A stretch of 64,000 nucleotides of DNA from contig NC_068982.1 in the NCBI RefSeq assembly GCF_001194135.2, positions 8,595,575 to 8,659,574 of the forward strand. The letters are read 5' to 3'. The number at the start of each line of letters is the position of its first letter. Position 1 is the stretch's first letter. Below are positions 14,101 to 28,536 of the stretch, one piece after another. The notes beneath the pieces were generated by a model that was not told the origin of the DNA, did not search any database, and saw only the letters and a list, made by a program, of their open reading frames with translations. The position numbers and the translations under genes are program-made. The stretch comes from Octopus bimaculoides (taxonomy: Eukaryota).

Positions 14101-14145
14101 GTTCGGAAACCTTTCGTCACACATCTCTGACCTCTTCAGCGAAAC
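14101..14145 (-). ncRNA. Degenerate type I hammerhead ribozyme motif
   Basis: GUUUCG-CUGAAGA-G-GUCA/UGAC-GAAA-GGUU-UC-CGAAC: core intact, 4-bp stems I and II, stem III weak. Confidence 0.45.
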
Positions 14146-15282
14146 TTTTTGTTTTCATGTGTGCTCTTGCTTCATTTACTTCATTCTTCACTTCTATCAA
14201 AAAAACAAAAAAACACACAAACAGATACAGAAGAAAATGACCATCCCGAAATATAACATCTGTTTCAACACACGATTTCATATCAGGAATCTTGCAACAC
14301 ACATTGATAAACGTAATTATTATTAATATCATTATTATTATTATTATAAAAACTATTGTTTATATCTCCTTAATATAATTCCTTTTTGTTTGTTTCCTAA
14401 GAATCTTTAAAATGTGTTTACTTTATCGATCCTATCGTTTTTTAAATTATGTGGCCTTTCCCCATTATAATATATTCATTTCCATTATAGCTAGTGTTTA
14501 CTCACTGTAGAAAGTATGAAAGAATCTTCTGAGATTTCTATTCTATAGACGGAAGGAACTAGATGTTTGTTTCTGTTTTTCTTTTCTCTCATGTTGAAAG
14601 GAAACCAGTTGACGAGGAGAGTAGAGAAAGTTAGCATAGTGTTATTGTGAACCTAATCTTCTATTGAAGCGTTACAAAGACTCTTTGAAAAACAATCTTA
14701 AGCGGTGCAATATCAAATGCTGCTGATTCTAGAGATAGCCCGAAGGAGAAAGCAGTGATTGAACGTCACAAGAAAGAATCAGTTTCGTTGTAGAAAGAAC
14801 TCTGAAAAATCTTTTAGAAGCAAACGAGAAATAATATCTTTGTGTTGGCGGAGGCATTCCTGTTTCTTATGCGAGAAATATACAGAGACAGTATATGTGA
14901 TATACGGCGCTGATATGCGTGCTTGCGGGATGTAATTGTACATGTTTCGTTTGTAACAAATATTTCTATTATGTTTTGAAAATAAAACTATGTAAGCCTG
15001 CTTAAATATGTATACTTGGTGTGTTCATCGTTTCTTCACGTGTAAATGCTATTTAGTTAATATTCTGACAATATATACATGGATAGAAAATGGCGATATA
15101 TATAACAATTACCAATTCAAAAATTAAAATTTAAAATTTATTAACGTAATACTATATTATATTATAAAGTTATAATAATATAACAATATGATAATTGATG
15201 AGTATTAAACACAAATTACATATTATTGTTTCGATCCTTATCCATTAAAAATAAGTATAGAAAGAGAGTGAAAGAGAAACGG

Positions 15283-15590
15283 CACTCAGTCGGTTATGAC
15301 AAAAAAGGTTCCGGTTGATCTAATCAACGGAACAGCCTGCTCGGGAAGTTAACATGCAAGTGGCCGATCACTCTACAGACACTTGTACCCTTACGGTAGC
15401 TCTCACAGTGATTCTACGTGACACAGAATGTGACAAGGCTGGTCCTTTGAAAGTACAGATACTACTCATTTTTTGCCATCTGAATAGAGTGGAGCAACGT
15501 GGAATAAAGTGTGTTGCTCAAGACCACAATGCGCCATCGGGTATTGAACTCAGGACCTTGCGATAGTGAACCCGATACCTTAACAACTAA

Positions 15591-15592
<2 letters not shown>
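15283..15592 (-). mobile_element. SINE family C copy
   Basis: gttgatctaatcaacggaacagcctgctc ... caaggctggtcctttgaa ... gaactcaggaccttgcgatag; homologous to 47400-48017 and 50595-50883. Confidence 0.78.
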
Positions 15593-15663
<71 letters not shown>

Positions 15664-16578
15664 ATATATATATATACATACACACAAAACATTCTTTTGC
15701 TTTCCATCTACCAAATGGGTTCTCTAGGCTTGGGTCAGCTCTAGTCTATCGTGAAAGACATTTGCACATTGTGCAACGCAGTCAGACTGAACCGAGAACA
15801 ATGTCGTTGAGTGGCTAACTTCTTATCAAAGAATCACGCCTGCGCCTATATAAACCCACATATATATTTCATCATGGTTAGAGACAATTTATAAAATAGG
15901 CGCAATAACATCCATACCAGCAATGCTTAATACCGAATGTATCTATACTAATGATTTTATTTGTACCTTTTTGTTATCAACCACGGAACAATGGAATGCA
16001 ATTTATAATAACCTAGAAATGAGGTTAGCAAATTTTCGGATGAGTTTCCATTTGTGTATTTTTAAGCTAAAAATAAATCTGTATATTACCTATGAAAGTA
16101 GTCAAAAAATCTTATTCTAATATATTAAAATAGTTTTAATGGTGTCCTGTTGCTTGTGTTAGTGATAAACCAATGAATTTCTTCCTTGTGTGTGTGCGTG
16201 TGTGTAAGTGCATACCTACATACATACATGCGTATATATAATATAGTGTGTGTGTAAATGAGATAAAAGTTCGAAACCTTTGAACAATGCAGATAAGGAT
16301 CTGATCAAATATGTAAGGTGTTGTAAATATTCCAATAAATCAAAACAAGGCGGCAAGACATTGTATTACGTTACATAGATTGTTTAATGATGGTATCATT
16401 TTTCAGAGGAAGAAAAATAAATCTCTTTTTAACTACACAAAAGAAAATAATGCGAGAATCCGCAAACATGTATTGTCACACGGTGCCTTAAATCTCGCTA
16501 CTTACCTGCATTGCTCAAAGTTTTTGTAAACATTAATCTTACATATATTGAAATTTTTGAAGCAAGATAGAGTAGTCA

Positions 16579-16635
<57 letters not shown>

Positions 16636-17926
16636 GCTTGTCTGTCTGTGTTTGTATTAAATAATAAAACTAATGGTTTATACCTGGTAGCTTACTGGTA
16701 AAACAGTGTCCGTTGTGTATTTGGTTAAAGATAGAAGACTTTCTAAAAATCACTACAATTCTTTCAACGCATGTAACATAGATTCCTCACGGGTGGGATA
16801 CTTAACAACTGGTTCAGAAGCATCCGACGATGTAGATGTGTCTCTTGACGTGATAAATAGATATAACTCGTTAAAGTAATAGTTCTGCAACGTATCTTCT
16901 CATTCGTGTAAAGAAAAGTATGGAATTAAAGGACGTAGCTTCGTTTATATCAATAATAAAAAAATAACAGATACAAAAAAAGAAACAAACACGCAATACA
17001 ATGAAAAATATATTAGATACAACAGTTAAAGGATATGGATATATAGACACCCTTGCGTGGATTGTATGGCGCATGTACACTCGTTTATACACACATCCGC
17101 GAAAATGTAAGCATGCGAAGACGTGTGGTTTTGCACACATGTTCACATAGAGAATTAAATAGCTACTTGGCCTGTTTTAAGAATGGGGAGGCTAGAGCTA
17201 ATTTTAATTCATCCGTACATAAGGTGAATTATGATTATTAATTAGTTTAACGGTTTCTCAAATTCATTCCTGCTGAATTGTGTGAAAGTGCATTTTTATG
17301 CATGTAAGTATCTTGGGGGTCTTAGAATATTCTATTAAGGATCTTCTCATTGGTCCACAGAATAGACAGGGATTCCTCAGTATAGAGGTGGCATCTCCTG
17401 GAAATGATATATGGTTAAGCGTGCTTTACAATGGACCAAGTTATCTTTACTTAATTTCATCTTCCTTAAGTCGTCACATATAATTGGTAAAAGATGTTGA
17501 ATGTCTTTTACCTGATTTCATTGTAGCTGGCGACATGGCTGCTGCAATAACGATTCTTGAATGAATCAACTGTTGCCCCAATGTAAACATACGACCCTCC
17601 CCTTATGTGAACGGTACATTTATATACAAGATTTATACTTGTACAGAGGTTCATCAATGGGCATCTTGATTTTTCTCTGCGTGATCATTTTTTATATTTA
17701 TTTGTATATATGGCAGTTGTGACTTCATTCCCCGACGTTGTTACCGTGTTAGCTATATCACGATCATCGCTACTAACACGATGTGGCCGTATCTGGTGCT
17801 TTTCCTTGCGGTTTACATCTTTCATGGTGTTTTGATGTATGTCTTTGTTAGTTCCAGGAGTTTGGTTAGTGAATTATTGTTTCATTTTACTATTATTAAT
17901 GCATTCAAAAATGGTAGATGAGTTGG

Positions 17927-18100
17927 TTAGTAAGGGATGTATGAGCCTTTGTTTGAAACGAGTTGGAAAAGGCACTGGTCCATGGAGCATGCTAATTTCT
18001 GGATCTCGTCTTATGTTATACCACGCGATACATCCACTATTGCCTGCCACAGTTCATTCTTGCTGCCAAATTCGCGACTCTTCTCGTAAATACGTCGCTT
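17927..18100 (-). mobile_element. Tc1-like transposase C-terminal remnant
   Basis: Manual translation KRRIYEKSREFGSKNELWQAIVDVSRGIT*DEIQKLACSMDQCLFQLVSNKGSYIPY*, typical of a Tc1-family C-terminus; one in-frame stop. Confidence 0.65.
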
Positions 18101-18197
18101 TAGAACACTCTATAAGTTTTCTATTGGTTTTAAGTCAAGTGGGGGGGGCAAGCAGGCCACTTAATATATACACACATACATATATATATACATATGA

Positions 18198-18274
<77 letters not shown>

Positions 18275-18588
18275 AGTTTTCTATACATTTCAGAGTCAGC
18301 AGTGAATGTTATGTTGTTTCGCGTACGAAGACGTCTCTGCAAAGAATGCAATCGAAGCGAGAAAAGAATATGTAGTAGGCGTACATGGATATTTCAAGAG
18401 TTGTTGCTCTTTCCTCTGCAGCACATGAAACGCATCAACCCGCTACGATCACATTGCTTATATACCCAACAAGTTTCAAGGTGTAACGCTTTTGGATAGA
18501 CCAATATACTTATCAAATACCTTCCTGTCCACTGGTACGTAAATATTAATTGCAAGCAACGAGTACAGTATTCGCACGCCTCTGTGTT

Positions 18589-18623
<35 letters not shown>

Positions 18624-19910
18624 GTTTGTGTATGTGTGTGTTTTCAAAAGGAATTTTACTGCTATTTCCTGTGGAAACATACACAGGCATTCACATAGGT
18701 ACAATCATATGTATGGTTCTCGGTAACGGAAGAGTAAAGGCTGGTGATAGGAACTGTAGTAAAGTGTAAGATAATAAGTAAAAATCTAAAGTAAAATATT
18801 CATCAGAATATTGTGAATCTTTTAAATCTCTTAAATCGCGATCGCAAGTTGTAAAACAATTTATAATTTCAAGAGCTGTACAACCTTCAATTGCAGCTGA
18901 ATTCTACAGATTAAATATGACTTAATAATCACACACACATTTGTGTGTATGTGTACGTATATCTGTATGCGTATGTGTGTATCTGTGTATACATACAAGA
19001 ATACACCCCCCTATATATATATATATATATATATATATNNNNNNNNNNNNNNNNNNNNNNNNNNNNNNNNNNNNNNNNNNNNNNNNNNNNNNNNNNNNNN
19101 NNNNNNNNNNNNNNNNNNNNNNNNNNNNNNNNNNNNNNNNNNNNNNNNNNNNNNNNNNNNNNNNNNNNNNNNNNNNNNNNNNNNNNNNNNNNNNNNNNNN
19201 NNNNNNNNNNNNNNNNNNNNNNNNNNNNNNNNNNNNNNNNNNNNNNNNNNNNNNNNNNNNNNNNNNNNNNNNNNNNNNNNNNNNNNNNNNNNNNNNNNNN
19301 NNNNNNNNNNNNNNNNNNNNNNNNNNNNNNNNNNNNNNNNNNNNNNNNNNNNNNNNNNNNNNNNNNNNNNNNNNNNNNNNNNNNNNNNNNNNNNNNNNNN
19401 NNNNNNNNNNNNNNNNNNNNNNNNNNNNNNNNNNNNNNNNNNNNNNNNNNNNNNNNNNNNNNNNNNNNNNNNNNNNNNNNNNNNNNNNNNNNNNNNNNNN
19501 NNNNNNNNNNNNNNNNNNNNNNNNNNNNNNNNNNNNNNNNNNNNNNNNNNNNNNNNNNNNNNNNNNNNNNNNNNNNNNNNNNNNNNNNNNNNNNNNNNNN
19601 NNNNNNNNNNNNNNNNNNNNNNNNNNNNNNNNNNNNNNNNNNNNNNNNNNNNNNNNNNNNNNNNNNNNNNNNNNNNNNNNNNNNNNNNNNNNNNNNNNNN
19701 NNNNNNNNNNNNNNNNNNNNNNNNNNNNNNNNNNNNNNNNNNNNNNNNNNNNNNNNNNNNNNNNNNNNNNNNNNNNNNNNNNNNNNNNNNNNNNNNNNNN
19801 NNNNNNNNNNNNNNNNNNNNNNNNNNNNNNNNNNNNNNNNNNNNNNNNNNNNNNNNNNNNNNNNNNNTGTATATATATATATATGTGTGTATGTGTGTGT
19901 GTATATATGT

Positions 19911-19950
<40 letters not shown>

Positions 19951-19981
19951 GTATTTATGCATATATATGTATATATACATA

Positions 19982-21244
19982 CAGAGTGCGTTAGTTATTT
20001 GAGAACATATATTTTTGCGGTCATTGCTGCATTTTTAGCTAGCTCTGTATAATCTTCGTTTCAGAAAATAATAATGGCAGACCCTCACCTTACTCAAGAA
20101 AGGAAAAGACATGCTGTTATTGTGGTTATAATGGCTGAGCATAGCGATTTAGAAGTATCTCGAATTTTAAATGGTGCCAGATCTTTCATCTACAAAGTTT
20201 GTAAGAAGTTAGAGACTGAAGATGGAAACGTATCACCAGTATCAAAGCATAAAAGGCATTCTAAACACTCTGAAATCATCAGAACACTTGAATGTATCCA
20301 GCAAGTTCAACAGGCCATTGATTATAATCCCAGAAATTCCATGCGGTCAATTGCAAAAATCTCTATGTGTGAGTAGGAACAGTCAGAAATGTTGTCCACA
20401 TAGACACCAGATATATGTCTTAGATGATGAGGAAAGGTCAATTTGTCAGAAAAAGTAAAAGAAAATCATTACATCAGATCTACAAGGCTCTTAAACAAAC
20501 TGCAAAATCGAACAGAAGAAGATTTGATTCGGTTTATCTCAAACGAGAAAAACTTCGACCATGAACAAAAAGTTAACAGACGAAATGACAGATGGTTATG
20601 TGCAGACCCTTCTGAAGTTCCAAATGTTATGCATCCAAGTGTTATGCAACTCTCATGGTTTTAGAAGTTGTCTACAATGAAGACCATATGATGCCTCCTT
20701 ACGTCTTTTCGCAAGGCCTTAGAGTTAATTCTGCCGCCTATATTGAGGTCCTGGGAGTAATTGTTAAGCCGTGGATAGACAGTGTATGCAATGGAAGGCC
20801 ATATGTGTTTCAGTAAGACTCTACACTATCGCACATGGCTCTAGTAACACAGGAATGGATGGGTGATAATTTTTATGATCATATAACCCCTAATATTTGG
20901 CCTCCTAATTCCCCAGATCTCAATCCATTGGACTATTACATATGGAGCGTTGTTGAGAGAGAGTTCGGTGAACACGCCCATAACACCAAAGATTCTTTGA
21001 AAGCTGCCATATTCAGAATAATGTCCAAAACGAACCAGGACCACTTGATTCAACCTTGCAGATGATTTAGATCTGATATAGAAGCAGTTGTTGAAACTGA
21101 AGGTGGGTTTATTGAATAACATTATAGAAAAGGAGGTTTATTTTTATCCTCATACCATTTTTTAATAAATAAAGTTATCACCTCTTATTATATATCTGCT
21201 TTTTTATAAAAATAAATCTGTCCTCAACTATCTTACGTATCCTG
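19982..21244 (+). mobile_element. Near full-length maT/DD37D-type Tc1/mariner transposon, frameshifted transposase
   Basis: Imperfect TIRs cagagtgcgttagttatttgagaaca / tgtcctcaactatcttacgtatcctg, both flanked by TA. ORF pieces 20074-20376 (HTH), 20443-20664 (ISNEKNFD..NRRNDRW) and 20835-21065 (WPPNSPDLNPLDY). Confidence 0.9.
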
Positions 21245-21276
21245 TATATCTACACACACACACAGACACACACACA

Positions 21277-21346
<70 letters not shown>

Positions 21347-22731
21347 TATGTATATATATATATATATATATAAATAGAAAATGGAGATATTATTGACGAA
21401 CAACAATTGATTGGCATTAATTATTATCTAATAATTATTTACAAAAAAACTGCATCCCATCTAACAGCAGCTTTTGCTGCCAATGTTTCTTTGGTATCAC
21501 CATTATTATGCTAAAAGACATTCGTCATAGTTGGTAATAAAGCCGATTTGAATCATGGAGCGTCATCACAGTGAAAAATAAATAAATAGAAAGAGGAGTT
21601 AAAAAAAGAAGGAACGGTTGAATATGATGACAATCATGTCATGTTGCCTGTGTATCTCCCTAGGACGTAAAGTAAATGACTAAACTTAAGAAATTGTATT
21701 TGGTGGGATATTCCTATATACGGGAGGTGGGGCATAGGTCGAATAAATAATGATAATAATTATTATAATAGCTGTTCACGCAAATAGGATAGGGCAAAGA
21801 AGGTGTAAAGATACAATAAAGTGTAATAAAGTGTTAAAATAATAATGATTATTATTAATAATTATGTTTGTAGTACTAAGTAATAGTATCTATCATAAAG
21901 TGCTTATCGATTAATGTCATTTTCTCTTACTGGTAGGCATTTCAGTCAATCCCCGTATTGCGAAATTAACCAGGGCCAAACGCTCGATATAATGGGTCAG
22001 AATTTAAAAGCAAAACGCCGGCTACTAAAACTGTTAATACGGAGTAACATAAATAAATGATATGTGGTGTAAGGGGCCAGAAGTCGCTTAGGAGAATATA
22101 AAAATAAACTAAAATAAAATACAATAAAATCAAATAAAGTAAGACTAATAAGATAACATTAAGTTTTAGAGAATTACCTATTTGGACAATTAGGATTATA
22201 GAAGGATAAGGGGTAAGTGGTCTAAAGCCTTTTAAGTCAACAAAATAGAAGTGTAAAATAAATAAAAATAAAAATTAACCAAAATAACAACGAATCATTT
22301 TTTCGTTGGACATTTAAGAGTCAATAAAGTTTAAGTGGGGTGGGTATTAATAGGTTTAAAATGGTCTCAATTAGAAATTTATGCAGCCACCGTTCAGTCC
22401 CTTGATAAATCACCCCGTTCACCTAATCAATGAACTAAGTAATCAATCAATCAGTCAAACAACTGGTTGGGTGAACAATAAACTAATCAGTCAACCAACT
22501 GATCAATTAAACAAGTTGCAATATATATATATATAATTAGTAAAGTAATGAATATAAATTGATATACTTGCAAAATATCTGGACAGGTAAATACCTACTA
22601 AAATATGCTCATATATACATACACAAATAAATTCATGCATTCATATACATACGTATGCACACATATACATATGTACACTCACATAGATACACATAAACAC
22701 AAGTACCAACATGCATATATTTTTATGTATG

Positions 22732-22788
<57 letters not shown>

Positions 22789-22801
22789 GTAAGTGCATGT
22801 G

Positions 22802-22840
<39 letters not shown>

Positions 22841-22852
22841 ATACATATATAC

Positions 22853-23450
22853 TTAGATGTTGAGTGAATTGTATCTAGGTATGGGTGGCTTATCTGGTAT
22901 TCTTTGAAGAAATCTGTCCAGACTCCATTTAAAGGTGATGGGATCCTTTTCCTCTTTGATCACTTTCGAGACAATGTTAAACAGGGCAGGGCCTGTTGAG
23001 GAAAAGAAATTGTGTCGCAGTATACCTATATGTTGTGATCCTGAATTAGGCAGGGGACGTATGGCTCGTGGTCCCAGCCTTGGATGAACCTTGAAACTAA
23101 TGTTCAGGTCGTCTGAGCAATGCTGGCGGTATATTCTCCACATCGTACAAATGAGGTACTACTCGCGGCGGCGCTGGAGAGAGTAGAGTTTCAAGGCTTT
23201 AAGGCGGTCTCAATAATCGAGATCAGTCTTGCCTTCAATTCGTTTAGTGAGTGCGTTCTGGAGTGATTCAATTTTCGAGATGTTTTGTTTTGTATGGGGA
23301 GAGCACAAGGGGCAGCAGTATTCGAGGTGTGGCCGTACAAAGGAGGAGAAAAGTGGAATGATGACACCTTGTTCTCTGGACCGGAAGGTTCTTAAGATCC
23401 AGGTGCTCATCCTATAAGCTATATCAACCTTATTGTTGATGTGGACACTC
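22853..23450 (-). mobile_element. CR1-clade LINE 3' ORF2 remnant
   Basis: ORFs 23210-23410 (FVRPHLEYCCPLCSPHTKQNISKIESLQ) and 22853-23143, joined by LKLYSLQRRRE and ending LDRFLQRIPDKP. Confidence 0.88.
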
Positions 23451-23680
23451 CAACTTTCTAGAAGTATATAGATAAAATTGAGGTAACCGTCATCAACGAA
23501 ACTGAGACTATAATGAAATCAATATATATAAATTCAGCAATCTCTCACAAACGCCGAGCACAAATCCTGTGAGATAGACTTCCATTACAATATAAAAGTA
23601 AGTTTAATCTGATAGTTATAACGTCAGTATGTTCCACCTCATTGTTTAATGGGTGATAGGTCGAAAATCTGCATAGTTGG

Positions 23681-23768
<88 letters not shown>

Positions 23769-24615
23769 TATAGGACTTTATTGTTCATTAAAGTCCTATT
23801 AGTCAAGCATGACTTCTTTCGAAGCTTCTAATCTCTAAGTTTAGTAATTTAAAAATAGAATTGAGGAGCTAAGTTAATTTTCTCAACTTCGTCTGTAAAC
23901 TTCTACAGCGTTGCATTGTAATCCTATTAAAATTTTACTATTTAATTCATTGATTTCACGTTCCTTTATATATATTTTGATGCTGTTTGCACATTAGGTA
24001 TCTACAGTACTTCCTGAAATTTTGAAGTAAAGCATTCTTCGTGTCTCTGATATTAAACACACTCATAATAGACTCAATGCAGGGAATTTTCCATCAATGA
24101 TTCCCTAGTCTTCACCTCGACAAACCATTATCATTTCCGATTAGATTGCTAGTTCATGCAAGGCTAACTTTGATATTGGATAAGCATTTCATTTCATATC
24201 AGGTTTGGCTATATATAGAACATGTCATAAAACATCGTACAATTGAAACTAGATAGCAGCGCTGAACAGAAACAGCAGCTCAGTTTATATCGTATAACAG
24301 AAATTACGATGATCGAATCACGAACTAATAGAAATTGCTAATATGAGCCAAAAGAAATTGCCTATATCAACTGAAATCAAGAAATATGAACACGTTGGCT
24401 TGTAAAAATAGGTAATAGAAGCATTATTATGACATTTATGGTTTGGAACTGCTACTATTATATCCTGTCGAATATATAACGTCGATGAAAAACAATTAAA
24501 AAAATTATACAAGAAATAATTGATAACCATGCTCTTTTAACACAGAGTCATAGATGCAAAGATGCACGCATACAGAGACTTACGTGTGTGTATTCATACA
24601 GACATTACAGAGCTG

Positions 24616-24654
<39 letters not shown>

Positions 24655-24971
24655 TTACATCTTGAGTTTCGTTCCTCATAAATTCCAACAAGCTTATGTA
24701 TATGCATGTATATTCGTTTATTTCTTTTATGCTTTTCAGTCATTTAACCGCAGCCATGCTGGAGCACTTCCTTTTGTCAAGCAATTCGACCTCAGGATTT
24801 ATTCTCTGTAAGCTTAGTACTTATACTATCGGTCTCTTTTGTCGAACCGCTACATTACAGGGACATAAACACGCCAACATCGGTTGTGAAGTGATGGTTG
24901 GAGGGACAAACACAGACATACAAACACACACACACATATATATATATGTATATATATATATATATGTGTAT

Positions 24972-25016
<45 letters not shown>

Positions 25017-25152
25017 NNNNNNNNNNNNNNNNNNNNNNNNNNNNNNNNNNNNNNNNNNNNNNNNNNNNNNNNNNNNNNNNNNNNNNNNNNNNNNNNNNNN
25101 NNNNNNNNNNNNNNNNNNNNNNNNATAATAAATATATTTTATGGAATAAATT

Positions 25153-25711
25153 ATGGATTTTTCCCTTACGAGGTTTTTTCACGCTAGCTACTTGATAAAT
25201 TCTTATAAAAGACTTTATCCTATTATTGAATTAAATATATAACCAGAATATATTCAGTGCTGAATTTTATTCTGAAAAGAAACACATGTACCGAGATGCA
25301 ATTCGAAAAAGTCCGCCTCTTACATAGATATATTGGGATAAACAATATTCTATGTACTATGCTGAATACATGAAGTGTTCGTCTGGTATGTTCATTTTTT
25401 TTGTTTATTTTTATGTGTCTTGACCATATTATACTGACGAGTAAAAGGTGCATATTACTGCAATAATTACGAAATCATGATCCATAGTTAAGTCTGTTTT
25501 TAGCTTTGAGAGTTGCGTTTCGGTAAATATGTGTTTATTATGGTAGTTCGACCTTAGAGTCCCTCTTAGCGCGAGGCATTCATGTATAGTAATGCCCTTA
25601 TATCAATAAATATATTTTAGAGAATAAATGATGGATTTTTCCCTTACGAGGTTTTTTCACGCTAGCTACTTGATAAATTCTTATAAAAGACTTTATCCTA
25701 TTATTGAATTA
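25153..25711 (+). repeat. 81-bp identical direct repeats (25153-25233, 25631-25711), offset 478 bp
   Basis: atggatttttcccttacgaggttttttcacgctagctacttgataaattcttataaaagactttatcctattattgaatta is read at both positions. Confidence 0.92.
25428..25488 (+). ncRNA. Type I hammerhead ribozyme candidate with intact core
   Basis: CUGACGA 25434-40; stem II GUAA/UUAC; GAAA 25471-74; stem III U-CAUG-A (palindrome UCAUGA); AUC cleavage triplet ending at 25482; stem I mostly paired but with an A.C mismatch at the first position. Confidence 0.65.
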
Positions 25712-26199
25712 TATATATATTTATATATATATATATTCAGGGAAACCGAGTAAGTACACAGACTTGGTTTCATGCTAAAGGAAGACGTGAAATGGCTCTA
25801 AACTACCTTTATTATCACAAACAACACGCGCCGAAATCGGAGGTTCAGTTACAAATCAATTGATTTCATAATTACGGGGAAATTCCCATTTACCATCGTC
25901 AGGGTAATATAACCCAATGCGCATAAATACGAACAATTATATGTACCACGGGAGCAGAAAAGATTCACAGCGCAAAACAATTGTTCATAATTATATACAA
26001 ACTAAAATTCAAAACTCCAATTTGTTTATCTCGGCCATGTGTGAATAACCAAATATTTCAGGAGTGAATAATTTTGGCTTAGGTGAAATTATATATATTT
26101 TAATATATTTCAAAATTCAGGATAAAATCTATATATTATTTTATCAGGTAGTTTAGTTAAAACTAATAAATTTATATCCAGGCGAATAAACACACATAT

Positions 26200-26720
26200 A
26201 TATTATAGATGTCTATCTGAAATTTAGTCTTATGTCTGTCTGTATGTATGCATGTATGTCTGTATATGTGTGTGTAGATGTGTGGTGGCTTACAAGAGAA
26301 GAGAAGGCCGACATTAACCGAAGAGTATATGTGCCTATGTGTAGGCACACGGCAAACGTGTGGTTGTGGGTGTACATGTGCGTGACTGCCTGTATGTATG
26401 TATGTGTGTGTGTGTGTTTGTGAGAGTGTGTGCATTGTTCATCCGTAATCGATTTAAGTGTTCGGCATTTCTTTTCCACGGTCAGTCCGATCTCAGATCC
26501 GCTGGGGTTTTGCTTGTCATACCGTAAAGATTTATGGGTGTAGTTCCTTATGTATGAACGGGAAGGGGGAAAACGGGTGGTGTGTGAGTGTGCGGTGTAG
26601 CGTGCATGTATGTGTGGTTGAGTCGGTTCTGTTAGTAAGTATATATGTTCGTGTATGTGTGTGCGAATATGCGAGTATTTGCCCATATGTGCGCGTTCCA
26701 GTATGTATGTGCGTTACGAT

Positions 26721-26755
<35 letters not shown>

Positions 26756-27070
26756 TGTTTGTGTGAGCGCAACTGCGTGGACATCCGGTGTAATCAAATT
26801 TTGAATAGGTAAACTTTTGTATGGTTGTCTGTGTGTCCGCATTCTTGTGCTTCCGCGTACGTGTGTGTGTGTATGTGCGTATGTGAGCGTGAGCGCTGTG
26901 CATTGCTGTATGTGTGCATATGTGTGGTGTGTGTGTGCGTTGATGTGTGTACAGTTCTTCATTCTCGGGTTCTTGTGTGTGTGTAATCATGTGTGCATGC
27001 ACGTCTGCGCGTGCACATTGTCGTGTATTGGAAGTGTCCATAATTACATGCATTATATTGTATGGTGTTT
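26200..27070. repeat. Long degenerate (TG)n/(TATG)n low-complexity tract
   Basis: ~870 bp dominated by interrupted TG/CA and TATG repeats. Confidence 0.85.
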
Positions 27071-27571
27071 TAAGATTATCACTACACATCTTCCATAGAA
27101 ATTATAAGCAGCAGATATTTTCTTACGACGTATTGCATCCGAGACGCCTGTTAGAAACAACAACCAAAAATGGTTAAAAGGCATATATGCCATACTTCAG
27201 GAGTTTTGCTCCTTCATCAACACCTATCCAACCCGTTAATCATCCACGTGCTCATTGCTTAATTAGCCGCCAAATATGGTGGTGTAACGCTATTCAATAT
27301 ACTAATTTTACATCTTAAGCACAGTCCTGGAAGCTGGTGCGTCAATAGAAATGACTGCAGAAACGCCATATTTCTCTTAATGCAACAATAATAGTACACA
27401 GAACATATTCAACGTTTTTATGAACTTATAAAACCGTTTAATATACTTTGTATCATATCATGTTTGCATAACGAAATACGGGGTCCCTACAAGTCATTAT
27501 CATTTGTATGGATTTCCTTGCACCTTCTTGTTCTAATCCTACCTCGTATGTACATACATCACATGACCACT

Positions 27572-27607
<36 letters not shown>

Positions 27608-27922
27608 TTTAAGCGTAGTAATAATACCTAATGTTATTTTCTATTCTTTCTATTCAGTATTAGCAATGTCGCATTTATGAGAAGAGACTCCCGTATATAT
27701 CATAGCGATGGATCTCTCAAGTGTTCAGATATGTTATCGATGCTAATTCGATTCATCAAGGACTTAGACACACAATCAACCGATTGATTGTGTAAACAAT
27801 ATATTACGCAAACGATCGATTAGTTACTAGGCTAGATATTTAACCAAGTGACTACCAACGAAGAAGTGATATTGAACCAGTACGTGTGTTTGTTATTATT
27901 GGCGTAATGACCCTCCAAGTCG

Positions 27923-27973
<51 letters not shown>

Positions 27974-28493
27974 GCACATACATATAGTGATGGGACGCGT
28001 GTATGTGAGTGTGTAACACAGACATTCCATTTGACTACGAACTTACAAAAATGACTTTTGTTCGTTCATGTTACACATATATCACCAACGAAGTTAAGAA
28101 TATAAAATGGAAGTTTCAGGAGGGGTTGTTGCATAATCGCTTAACTATTTTAAATAAATCGCCAATAAAATACTCTAAACGTAAGCCATGTTGGTCGTTT
28201 GATCAAAGCTTCGGCGATTAATGCCAAAATAAAGCAATTACCTATATATTTGTTTCCATTAGTCGCTCGAATTAGTCTCTGCCTGATAAAATAAACTAGT
28301 TTTAAAACTGTAAAATCTATTTAGGTAAATTTATTTTACTGATAACTGAGATCTAGAAAAAGTGATGTGTCCACGGCTGTCAAGAATTAGCGAGAGCTCC
28401 GATAGTATACAATCTCAGTTTTTTTGATATTGTATGTACAGAGAATGAACACTGTTCTATGCATAAGGCGTACATACATTCATACGTGTATAT

Positions 28494-28536
<43 letters not shown>

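Noticed and set aside
25541-25580. Second, minus-strand hammerhead in the 478-bp unit
   Set aside because: Both core segments are non-canonical (CUAAGA, GAAC); not supportable.
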